From: a virus
IMG/VR virus record: IMGVR_UViG_3300030397_000629
Strand: one strand, 5' to 3'
DNA length: 64,000 bases
A program made the translations under genes and the position numbers. Below the pieces are notes generated by a model, which ran no database searches, had not been told where the DNA came from, and saw nothing but the letters and a program-made list of their open reading frames with translations. Below, piece by piece: positions 56,042-63,950 of the stretch (positions within the stretch are counted from its first letter, which is position 1; each line of letters starts with the position of its first letter).

Positions 56042-56068
56042 GCAGTCAGCGCAAGTTGACTGCTTTTT
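56042..56068 (+). terminator. intrinsic terminator with GCAA tetraloop
   Basis: GCAGTCAGC-GCAA-GTTGACTGC-TTTTT. Confidence 0.7.
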
Positions 56069-56151
56069 ATTTTCTGTTATATCACAATTGGGCATGCCTC
56101 ACTATTAAAGGCGATTTGCAACAACTACAAATGAAGCTTATCTTTGTTACT

Positions 56152-56248
56152 GACCGGCTGCGCATCAGTAAGTGTTTGCTTTTCATTGTCGGGAATTTTC
56201 CCAAGTCATGAGAATCATTGCGAGGTTTCACATGCAGCCGGTTTTTTT
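56152..56248 (+). ncRNA. candidate small RNA
   Basis: TTTG(56115) and TATCTTTG(56139) promoter; 9-bp closing stem ACCGGCTGC/GCAGCCGGT; T7 tail. Confidence 0.45.
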
Positions 56249-56320
56249 AACCGTTAATAATAACAGCGTTGTTATAATCCTCATGAAATAGACGGGAAAG
56301 CAACGGGAAATAAAAAGCTC

Positions 56321-56770
56321 ATGCCGGAACAAGCACAACAAAAGGGCGAAAGTTACGAGGTAGGGTATAAAAAGCCGCCCAAGGCCAACCAATTTTCAAG
56401 CACAAACCAACCCAAGGAAAGAGCAACAGGCACAACATTAAAGGGTGCACTCAGAAAGGAATTGCAAAGGGTTGCTGAGGACAAAGGTTTTGAGTTTGGT
56501 GAGGACGTTCTTGCATTCATGCTTGTTGAGATGACCACAAGCAGAACTTTCAACGGCGAAACTGTAACGTTTGAAAAGCGCCTCAAGGCATTGAATATGG
56601 TTTTTGACCGCATTGAGGGCAAGCCTGAGCAAGCTGTGACTGTTGCAGGTGACAAGGTAATTGCAAATTTATCATGGATAGGCAACCTGAGACCCGCCTC
56701 AATTGATGGTTTTGAAGAGGCAGACGCAGAAGTTATTGAGACTGACGGCAAGCCTGAAAATCCTGAGTAA
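56321..56770 (+). CDS. terS: terminase small subunit
   Basis: EVGYKKPPKANQF (DUF5681-like) N-terminus; DRIEGKP; immediately upstream of large subunit. Confidence 0.8.
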   Translation: MPEQAQQKGESYEVGYKKPPKANQFSSTNQPKERATGTTLKGALRKELQRVAEDKGFEFGEDVLAFMLVEMTTSRTFNGETVTFEKRLKALNMVFDRIEGKPEQAVTVAGDKVIANLSWIGNLRPASIDGFEEADAEVIETDGKPENPE

Positions 56771-58150
56771 ATGGTTGAGCCATCAGCAAAGCAAAAGCTT
56801 GCTCTTAATTACCTGACAGACCAAAAAACAAATTTTGTCGGTTATGGTGGCGCTGCATTTGGCGGCAAGTCATTCCTGCTTTGCTGTTGGATAGTTACAA
56901 TGTGCTTAGCTTTTCCCGGTACAGGTTGGGGCATTGGCAGGCGGCAATTGACAACCTTATACAAGACAACTGTTATCACCTTGCACAAGGTGTTTGCAAT
57001 GATGGGATTGAAAGCCGGTGAACACTACAAGCATGACGGCAGATTGCACACCTATACTTTCACTAATGGCTCACAGATATTTTTGATTGATATGGCATAT
57101 AAGCCAAGCGATAAAGAATACACAAGATTTGGCGGTTATGAGCTTACAGGTGCGGCAGTTGATGAGAGTGTTGAGGTTGAAAAGATGGCAATTGAAATTC
57201 TGTTCACACGTCTTGGCAGGCGTCTCAACCATGAGTATGGATTGAAAAAGAAATTACTTGAGACATTCAACCCTGCCAAAAATCACGTTTATTCAAGGTA
57301 TTACAGAAGATTCAAAGAGGGCAGGATGCCTGAGCAATACGCATTCATACCTGCACTGCCTGCTGATAATCCAAGCCCTGAGGTTGAGGATTACATTAAA
57401 GACATTATTGCTAATGCAAGCAGGGTGACGATTGAGCGCCTTATTTACGGCAATTTTGACTATGAGGATGACCCTAATATTTTAATGGATTACTCAGCGA
57501 GGCTTGACTTATTCAGCAATAACTTTGTAGTGCCAAAGAGTGAGTTGTTTAACCGTTACATTACGGCAGACATAGCAATGCAGGGCAGTGACAAGTTTGT
57601 TATATTGGTTTGGTATGGTTGGGTAATTGTTGACGTTGTTGTTGTGCCAAAGTCAGGCGGTCTTGATGTTGTGCAAACGATTAAGGCGACAATGAAAAAG
57701 CACAGAGTGCCTGCAAGTCAAGTGTGTTATGATCATGACGGCGTTGGCGCTTTCATAGGCGGCAATCGTGGAATGATACCGGGCGCAGTTGGGTTTGTTG
57801 CAAACTCATCGCCAATAAAAAGAGTGAGCACAGACAAGGAAGAGAAAAACCAATACAAAAACCTCAAGGCTCAATGCGGTTATGAAATAGCCAAAAAGGT
57901 AAATGCCCGTGAGATATGGTGGCAAAAACAAGTTGACAATGAGGCACAGGATGAAATTGCTGAGGACATTGGGCAGATAATGAAAGACGGCAAGCTTGAC
58001 GGTAAGCTTGGACTCAAACCAAAGTCTTTAATTATTAGAGACATCAGCCGCTCAAATGACTTTGGTGACGCATTTCTCATGAGGTATTTATTTGAGTTGA
58101 GGCCAAAAAGATCGGGCAGAAAAGTCAGGACAATAAAAGTTAACCGTTAA
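56771..58150 (+). CDS. terL: terminase large subunit
   Basis: Walker A YGGAAFGGKS, Walker B GAAVDE, TFNP coupling motif, RNase H-like DIA..GSD and D..DA. Confidence 0.95.
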   Translation: MVEPSAKQKLALNYLTDQKTNFVGYGGAAFGGKSFLLCCWIVTMCLAFPGTGWGIGRRQLTTLYKTTVITLHKVFAMMGLKAGEHYKHDGRLHTYTFTNGSQIFLIDMAYKPSDKEYTRFGGYELTGAAVDESVEVEKMAIEILFTRLGRRLNHEYGLKKKLLETFNPAKNHVYSRYYRRFKEGRMPEQYAFIPALPADNPSPEVEDYIKDIIANASRVTIERLIYGNFDYEDDPNILMDYSARLDLFSNNFVVPKSELFNRYITADIAMQGSDKFVILVWYGWVIVDVVVVPKSGGLDVVQTIKATMKKHRVPASQVCYDHDGVGAFIGGNRGMIPGAVGFVANSSPIKRVSTDKEEKNQYKNLKAQCGYEIAKKVNAREIWWQKQVDNEAQDEIAEDIGQIMKDGKLDGKLGLKPKSLIIRDISRSNDFGDAFLMRYLFELRPKRSGRKVRTIKVNR

Positions 58151-58160
58151 ATAATAATCA

Positions 58161-59195
58161 ATGAATTTACTTGCCGCATTAACAACAGGGCATCAAGCGA
58201 TTGAATTTTATCGCTCTTGGGGCGCATTTAAGACGCTCATGCCGCTTTTTAAGTATTCGACGGGCGAAGAGTTGGAAATAATGTATTTGCCGCACACAAA
58301 GGATGACAACGGGCATATAAAGCAAAATATGCTTTATTGGGCAGATGTTCTTTTCATGGACAGAGCGCACACAACAGAGCAGGTTAAATTTCTGAGGCAC
58401 TGCAAGGAAAACATGCGCCTTAAAATTTGGCTTGACTATGATGACAACATATTGCAGCTTGACAGAGGCAACCCTGCTTATGAGACATACATGACAAACA
58501 CCAACCTTGCAAATGATCTTGTAGAGGCGCTGAGGCTTGCAGACGTGGTGACGGTATCAACGCAAGAATTGCAAAAGGTTTATTCAACATATAACGAAAA
58601 TGTTATTGTTGTGCCAAATGCATTTGACTCAAAAAAGTTTCCATGCTTGCCGCCTGTAAAGCTCAGAGAGAAAGGGCAGCAGCCCTGTGTTGCTTGGCGA
58701 GGCAGTAACGCACACCTCATTGACCTCATCAGTATTCAAGACCCAATAAATAAATTGCTTGGTGAGAAAAACATCAGAGTTGTTTTCTTTGGTTGGTGCC
58801 CGCCTTTCCTGAGAGGCGGCTTTGCTTATGTGACCAAAAAAGAAATGTTTGCATATTTCAATCAGTACAGGACAATGAGACCTGAGTTTTTAATTGTGCC
58901 GCTTGCGCTCACACCTTTCAATTTATCAAAGTCAAACATTGCATACATTGAGGGTGCAACAGCAGGCTCAACAGTTATTGCGCCTGACTACATGCCAGAA
59001 TTTAAAAGGCCCGGCGTGATGCATTACTCAAAACCTGATGAAATACTTGACATAATTTACAAGACAACATACGATGAGAGGCGGGAAAACGTAAAGGCTG
59101 CACAGGCGTACATTCGCAATGAATTAAGTATTGAAAATGTTAACATAAAAAGAGTAACTTTGTTAAGTAATTTATTTCAAATCAAAAACTTTTAA
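58161..59195 (+). CDS. GT-B glycosyltransferase (GT4-like)
   Basis: WLDYDDNI, ADVVTVST..L, VVPNAFD, VAWRGS..H..DL, PL...PFN.SKSNIAYIE. Confidence 0.85.
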   Translation: MNLLAALTTGHQAIEFYRSWGAFKTLMPLFKYSTGEELEIMYLPHTKDDNGHIKQNMLYWADVLFMDRAHTTEQVKFLRHCKENMRLKIWLDYDDNILQLDRGNPAYETYMTNTNLANDLVEALRLADVVTVSTQELQKVYSTYNENVIVVPNAFDSKKFPCLPPVKLREKGQQPCVAWRGSNAHLIDLISIQDPINKLLGEKNIRVVFFGWCPPFLRGGFAYVTKKEMFAYFNQYRTMRPEFLIVPLALTPFNLSKSNIAYIEGATAGSTVIAPDYMPEFKRPGVMHYSKPDEILDIIYKTTYDERRENVKAAQAYIRNELSIENVNIKRVTLLSNLFQIKNF

Positions 59196-59206
59196 CGGTT
59201 AACAAC

Positions 59207-59821
59207 ATGGAAACAAAAGAGAGTTTACCAAAAGAAGAAAGTCAAGACTTACCTGTTACTGAAAACACATTTCAGTCATTACTTGAAAACATCAAAAAAG
59301 AGGCGGCAGGGATGACCGGCGAGGAAATAAACGAAAGAACTTATGAGACAATTTCCGTTGCATTGACTCTTATCAGGGCAGCAGGTGCGCCAAAGTCAAG
59401 TTATTACACTGAGTTGATGGCTATTGCAAAAAGACGGCATCCAAACAAGCGCCTTGAGCTTGCTGCAATCGGTAAGTCAACAACGGCAGATGTGCCGCAA
59501 AACTCAGCCCTTGCTGAGCATAACGAGTCAAAAACCTATGTTTACGGGCAGAGTGCGGTTGAGAATCAGGCGGCGGCAAAAAAAGCTGTTGCGGCAACAT
59601 CTGATGACTCTGAGGAAATTTTGCCTGATGCTGCCGCCAAAGACAACGAGGCAAGCAGTGAAATTGACATCACACCTGACATGAGCACTGAGGATGTTGT
59701 TGCTCAGTTTGGCGAGTTAAAGAAGCTGAAAGAATGGCTGAGGGAAGAGGGGCAGACAGTGCCGGGCAACATGAAAGCTGACGCTGCTGTTAAATTACTC
59801 AAGAGGGTTTTATTTGATTAA
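59207..59821 (+). CDS. hypothetical acidic protein
   Basis: 204 aa, low-complexity Ala/Glu linker, short helical C-terminal domain. Confidence 0.65.
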   Translation: METKESLPKEESQDLPVTENTFQSLLENIKKEAAGMTGEEINERTYETISVALTLIRAAGAPKSSYYTELMAIAKRRHPNKRLELAAIGKSTTADVPQNSALAEHNESKTYVYGQSAVENQAAAKKAVAATSDDSEEILPDAAAKDNEASSEIDITPDMSTEDVVAQFGELKKLKEWLREEGQTVPGNMKADAAVKLLKRVLFD

Positions 59822-59837
59822 TGTTTAACGGTTAAAT

Positions 59838-60686
59838 ATGCGCACAGTTGAACTTTTCACCACAACAGGCAAAGAGCTTGGTGCACTTGACTTTCCAACC
59901 TCAGCACATGAGGTCACTTATTCACAATTCATAAAGTTTGAAAGAGCCTTTGCAAAAAAAGAGGCTTGGCTCAAAAAGATGGAAGAGCAAGAGGTTGACC
60001 CGCTTAAACTCAGGTTTAAAGTTGGGTACATAAAACACATTGCTCAAGTGCTCAAGGAGTTTACCCAAGATGACAGAGTTTTCAGCATTGCAGGCGGCAA
60101 TTACATTGAAAGCCTGCGTGAGTTCTTTGGGGTGAGTGATTTGAATGACATTGATTTTGAGCAGAGTGAGGCAACGCTCTTTGTGCTATACCGGCAAATT
60201 TGGGAAACATTGGGCAACTATGACAAATTTGTTTTTGAAGTGCAGCCCAATGCGTATGCATTCAAATACAAGGGTGAAAAGTTCACATTGCCGGGCACAT
60301 ACCGTGACGCAGTAACAAACCTGTTGCGCTTTGATAGTGTCAGCACCGCACAGGCTGTTGAGGCTTATGATGCGGCAAGGATTTACAACGAGTACAAAAA
60401 CAAGGATGACAAAGGGCAGTTTCTCTTTACAACCGTTTTGCATCTCATTGCATGCCTTGCTCAGGGTGATAAAAAACCTTTTCCAAAAAGTGAGAGCGAA
60501 ATAAATAGGTTTATATCAGAGAGGGTGCGACACTTTCAGGAAATTAACATGGAAATTGCATTAAACGTGAGAGATTTTTTTTTGCTTTCTGTAATTCCCT
60601 TGAAAAAAACAGCGCATTTAAATTCTTTTTTAAGCCACCTCAAAGGCGAGTTAATAAAGACAATTCAAAGCATGAGGAAGAGTTAA
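59838..60686 (+). CDS. tail assembly chaperone candidate (short form)
   Basis: 282 aa; T9 slippery run at 60575-60583 with an open -1 frame. Confidence 0.55.
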   Translation: MRTVELFTTTGKELGALDFPTSAHEVTYSQFIKFERAFAKKEAWLKKMEEQEVDPLKLRFKVGYIKHIAQVLKEFTQDDRVFSIAGGNYIESLREFFGVSDLNDIDFEQSEATLFVLYRQIWETLGNYDKFVFEVQPNAYAFKYKGEKFTLPGTYRDAVTNLLRFDSVSTAQAVEAYDAARIYNEYKNKDDKGQFLFTTVLHLIACLAQGDKKPFPKSESEINRFISERVRHFQEINMEIALNVRDFFLLSVIPLKKTAHLNSFLSHLKGELIKTIQSMRKS

Positions 60687-60859
60687 GAAGAGCAAACGCT
60701 CAAGCTTTCAAACGTATTGGATATAGATATATTTACGGCAGGCTGATTGAGTCAGGTGATTTTAACGGTTATGAAAAAACACCTGCTGAGAGCGTCAGGT
60801 CAATACCAATACATGACGCACTTTCTGCACTGTCAAATCAAAACGGCACAAGAACATGA
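60575..60859 (+). other. predicted -1 frameshift site and extension ORF (about 340-aa long form)
   Basis: T TTT TTT heptamer; -1 frame open 60584-60859, TGA overlaps ATG of next gene. Confidence 0.6.
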
Positions 60860-61590
60860 CAGCAAAAGACCTTTACAGGATTATCAGAGAGGCAGCAGAG
60901 GTGATGCCTGAGGCAGAATTAAAAATAAACCGGCTCAACTGCTTTGCTGTTGTTAGGAATGCGTCAGAACTAAACGCTGAGAACCTTAACAAAAATGTTG
61001 TATACAAAGATAAAGAGTTTTTCTTTTCCCGCCGTTGGGCTGCAAGGGGTTACCCTTCAAACAAAATTGAGTTTGACTTTCCTGCCGTAATTGCCATTGA
61101 GTTGCCGGGCGCAATATCAATGCCGTTTACTAAGCAGAGAAAGAACAGAACCCGCTTGCAACTGTCTGCCGTTTTTCCCAATGAGGAAATACTTGGCTCA
61201 ACACAGTTCACAAGGCCAAAGACACCACAGCTTGAAGAGATTTACAAAGCAATGCTTGACAACATCAGTTTTGTTTTAGAGTACATCAGCGGCGCTGTAA
61301 ATGCTTCAATTGACGGCGGTGCATACGAATGGCACAACAAAGAAAAGCTTGAATACCTGAAAACTCAGTCAATAATTACAAGCTATCAAATAAACCAAGG
61401 CGCAACTGCAACATTTCTCAAGCAACTTAATAACGCAAATCAGCAGGCAAATACAGACTATCTTGATGACGTCACAGCATTTAAATTGGTCGGCAGGTCA
61501 ATTGTGATAAACCTCACAGAAAGTTGCTCATCTGTTGCCTCACCCTCTTTTGTTACGGCAGATTGTTGCAAGCAGATTGAACTTGCATAA
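60856..61590 (+). CDS. tail completion/terminator-like structural protein
   Basis: 244 aa in neck/tail block; assignment by context. Confidence 0.4.
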   Translation: MTAKDLYRIIREAAEVMPEAELKINRLNCFAVVRNASELNAENLNKNVVYKDKEFFFSRRWAARGYPSNKIEFDFPAVIAIELPGAISMPFTKQRKNRTRLQLSAVFPNEEILGSTQFTRPKTPQLEEIYKAMLDNISFVLEYISGAVNASIDGGAYEWHNKEKLEYLKTQSIITSYQINQGATATFLKQLNNANQQANTDYLDDVTAFKLVGRSIVINLTESCSSVASPSFVTADCCKQIELA

Positions 61591-61611
61591 TTTAACCGTT
61601 AACTTTGCAAC

Positions 61612-62118
61612 ATGAAAAGAATTTTACTTGTTGTTGCAATGTTGCTCACAACTCTTGCTCTCATCGCTCAAAGCAAAGGCAAGTCTTTTGTATTTGCAGA
61701 GAATAACACGCTTTTTAATATCTCAGCAGATTTCAAAGGCACCGCTCTTGGCATTGGTGACATGGCACAGCTTGGAATAATTTGGCCCGGCAAGATAACA
61801 GCCGCAATTGCAATTCAAGGCTTTACATTTGGCTCAGAGAAAGGATTTAAAGCAGGTGTGTCATTGGGGCGGGTAATGATCGAAAGGCAAAGAAAGTTTT
61901 ACCCGGTCTCATTAATCGCATCCTATCATGCGGCTAATGACATGGGTGTTAGTTATGAAAACCTTGAGATTTCTATTTATGCAGCAATGCTTGTGAGCCT
62001 TGGCGGTGATGTATCTGTTGGGCCTTGCCTCATTCTTGGAAATGGATTCAAGCCGGGCGGTCATGAGTTAAACATCAGCATTGGCATAACTGCAAGGTAT
62101 TCTGAAATGACAAACTAA
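61612..62118 (+). CDS. small outer-membrane beta-barrel-like protein
   Basis: signal MKRILLVVAMLLTTLALIA/Q; amphipathic Gly-rich strands; terminal ISIGITARY. Confidence 0.6.
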   Translation: MKRILLVVAMLLTTLALIAQSKGKSFVFAENNTLFNISADFKGTALGIGDMAQLGIIWPGKITAAIAIQGFTFGSEKGFKAGVSLGRVMIERQRKFYPVSLIASYHAANDMGVSYENLEISIYAAMLVSLGGDVSVGPCLILGNGFKPGGHELNISIGITARYSEMTN

Positions 62119-62135
62119 TTAATTAACGGTTAACA

Positions 62136-62705
62136 ATGGAGTTAATAAGCAAAAAAGAGTCTGAGAGGATTATGAAAGACCTGCTGCTTGTGTTGATCGC
62201 AGGTATTAGAAAGAGGATGAAAGCACAAGGTCACTATCATACCGGCAAGCTCTTCAAGTCTCTTGCTTTTACTATTGACACAAGGACTGATACAATAATT
62301 GGCGAGATAACATTTCTTGCATACGGTCAATATGTTGAGACCGGCGTGCCTGCTGCAAGCATTCCTTTCTCAGGCAGAAGAGGCAAAGGCGGCGTGAGTA
62401 AGTACATACAAGCACTGAGGCGGTATTTCCAAGAGAAAGGTTTTCAAGGCGCTGAGGCGCTGAGGATAGCATTTGCAACAGCTAATGTGCACAGGCGCGA
62501 GGGCATGCCAACAAGAGCCTCAAGGCGTTTCTCAAGTGATGAGGGCAAGGCAAGAACCGGCTTTGTGGGCAGAGAGGTTGAGGAAAAAGGCCCGTTAATA
62601 TCTGCAACCGTTGGCCGGGAAATGTCAGAGGCATTGATAAATGAAGTAACGGCAAACTTTGATTTTAAGATTGGCAATCAATTTGTGAGAGACATAACAA
62701 TTTAG
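62136..62705 (+). CDS. neck/tail-completion protein (HK97 gp10-like)
   Basis: TGKLFKSL, YGQYVETG, basic middle segment, AFATA. Confidence 0.6.
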   Translation: MELISKKESERIMKDLLLVLIAGIRKRMKAQGHYHTGKLFKSLAFTIDTRTDTIIGEITFLAYGQYVETGVPAASIPFSGRRGKGGVSKYIQALRRYFQEKGFQGAEALRIAFATANVHRREGMPTRASRRFSSDEGKARTGFVGREVEEKGPLISATVGREMSEALINEVTANFDFKIGNQFVRDITI

Positions 62706-62847
62706 TATATTTGCAATGTTTCTTTTAGTACCTTTTTTGGATTGTGTTATATTACTCAATTTGGGAAAGTCAAAGAAGGGGTTTATTTATTATTTTCATT
62801 GCATGTAAAAGGGATGCCTGTATAACCGGGCACAAGCTGAAAACAGA

Positions 62848-62890
62848 AAGGCTGCAAAGATTGGGGAATCGTTGCAGCCTTTATTTTTTT
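62848..62890. terminator. terminator between late and convergent early block
   Basis: AAGGCTGCAA/TTGCAGCCTT stem plus T-run. Confidence 0.75.
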
Positions 62891-63164
62891 ATACAATGCA
62901 TCTTTTGCCTAATTTCAGCGTGAGGTTGCTGCCCATCTCAGTGAGCACCGCACGTATATCCTCTTTTACATAGTAGGTGACAAACATAGGGTTGTAATTG
63001 CTTTCTTTGCCCTCTTGAGAAAAACCAAGCTCAGAGAGCTTTTCAACAACATCTTCTTTGTAAAATGTAGAAGTGTTAAGGTCATCAATGCCCGTTGGTG
63101 CATTCTCAACGGTTATCTCAAAATCTGAACTTACAAGCTCTTGCTGAATTTCGTAAATAGTCAT
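62889..63164 (-). CDS. hypothetical early protein
   Basis: 91-aa ORF below repeated promoter. Confidence 0.7.
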   Translation of the reverse strand: MTIYEIQQELVSSDFEITVENAPTGIDDLNTSTFYKEDVVEKLSELGFSQEGKESNYNPMFVTYYVKEDIRAVLTEMGSNLTLKLGKRCIV

Positions 63165-63177
63165 AATGTCAAAGTTT

Positions 63178-63262
63178 TTAATCGTTAACTAATTGCTTTC
63201 AATTATACTGCAATATAGTAACAATTATGTTATCATGCAAGTGTAAAAGTGTTAAAGTTTTG
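63178..63262 (-). promoter_or_regulatory. repeated early promoter unit with operator
   Basis: GCAATATA on + strand, GTAACA-ATTA-TGTTAT 63218-63233, TGCAA, AAGTGTTAAAGTTTTGAAA as at 1261-1279. Confidence 0.8.
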
Positions 63263-63608
63263 AAATTATGACTCTTTGATAAATGGCATTGTTTACAGAT
63301 AGGCTTGCTTTGCTGTGATTGTCGCAAAACTCTCTCAGCTTGCTCACAACCATATTTAAGTCATTGCCGAGTAAAGCCGATTGCATAACCTCTGTGTCAT
63401 TGCAATAGATGTAAAGCATAGCTGACTTGTCAAAGAACAGTCTATCAATAAAGTTACCCTTGAATTGTTCCAATACAACAGAAACGATTGAGCCTGCACC
63501 AACAAGGCGGTCAATTTTTATTGATGTCTCTGAGTGGAAAACTTGGAAGCTGTCAACAAGGTCGTTGTCATTGTAGCTGTTTAAAATTTCACATAATGCA
63601 TCAAACAT
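63252..63608 (-). CDS. hypothetical early protein
   Basis: 118-aa ORF, motif upstream. Confidence 0.7.
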   Translation of the reverse strand: MFDALCEILNSYNDNDLVDSFQVFHSETSIKIDRLVGAGSIVSVVLEQFKGNFIDRLFFDKSAMLYIYCNDTEVMQSALLGNDLNMVVSKLREFCDNHSKASLSVNNAIYQRVIISKL

Positions 63609-63672
63609 GATCTTTTATTTTTAACGGTTAATAAAGTATTATAAAGGCCCGGCTAAGTGCCGGGGCTGCAAG

Positions 63673-63894
63673 CTAAACCTCTGCCTCAATGCCAAGCTCA
63701 GCATACTTGTTGTAAACATAATCACTAAGCTCTTGCGTCTCACTCTCTGTTGCATAGCGGTCAGCAAGCCAAGAGTCAATAAAATCCTCTTCAAGGCCAA
63801 TGCTGTCAATCTCATGACCGCCAATTGATTGCCAAGACTCAGCAAATGAAGTGAGGGCAGAGTCAGAGGGCAGTTTGAAAGGTTTGAATAACAT
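63673..63894 (-). CDS. hypothetical acidic early protein
   Basis: 73-aa ORF with shared leader. Confidence 0.65.
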   Translation of the reverse strand: MLFKPFKLPSDSALTSFAESWQSIGGHEIDSIGLEEDFIDSWLADRYATESETQELSDYVYNKYAELGIEAEV

Positions 63895-63950
63895 GCTAAA
63901 AGGTTTTTAATCGTTAAGAGTTTGGCGGGCGCAATGCCCGCCTGATGTAT

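Larger units (their letters stand above)
803..63665. repeat. dispersed GCCCGGC/GCCGGGC short hairpin family
   Basis: 803-821, 2904-2925, 3234-3252, 3582-3600, 4475-4494, 39734-39755, 50162-50191, 63647-63665. Confidence 0.85.
317..63917. repeat. dispersed palindrome TTAAC(C/G)GTTAA
   Basis: at least 32 exact copies by manual count plus TTAATCGTTAA and one-mismatch variants. Confidence 0.95.
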
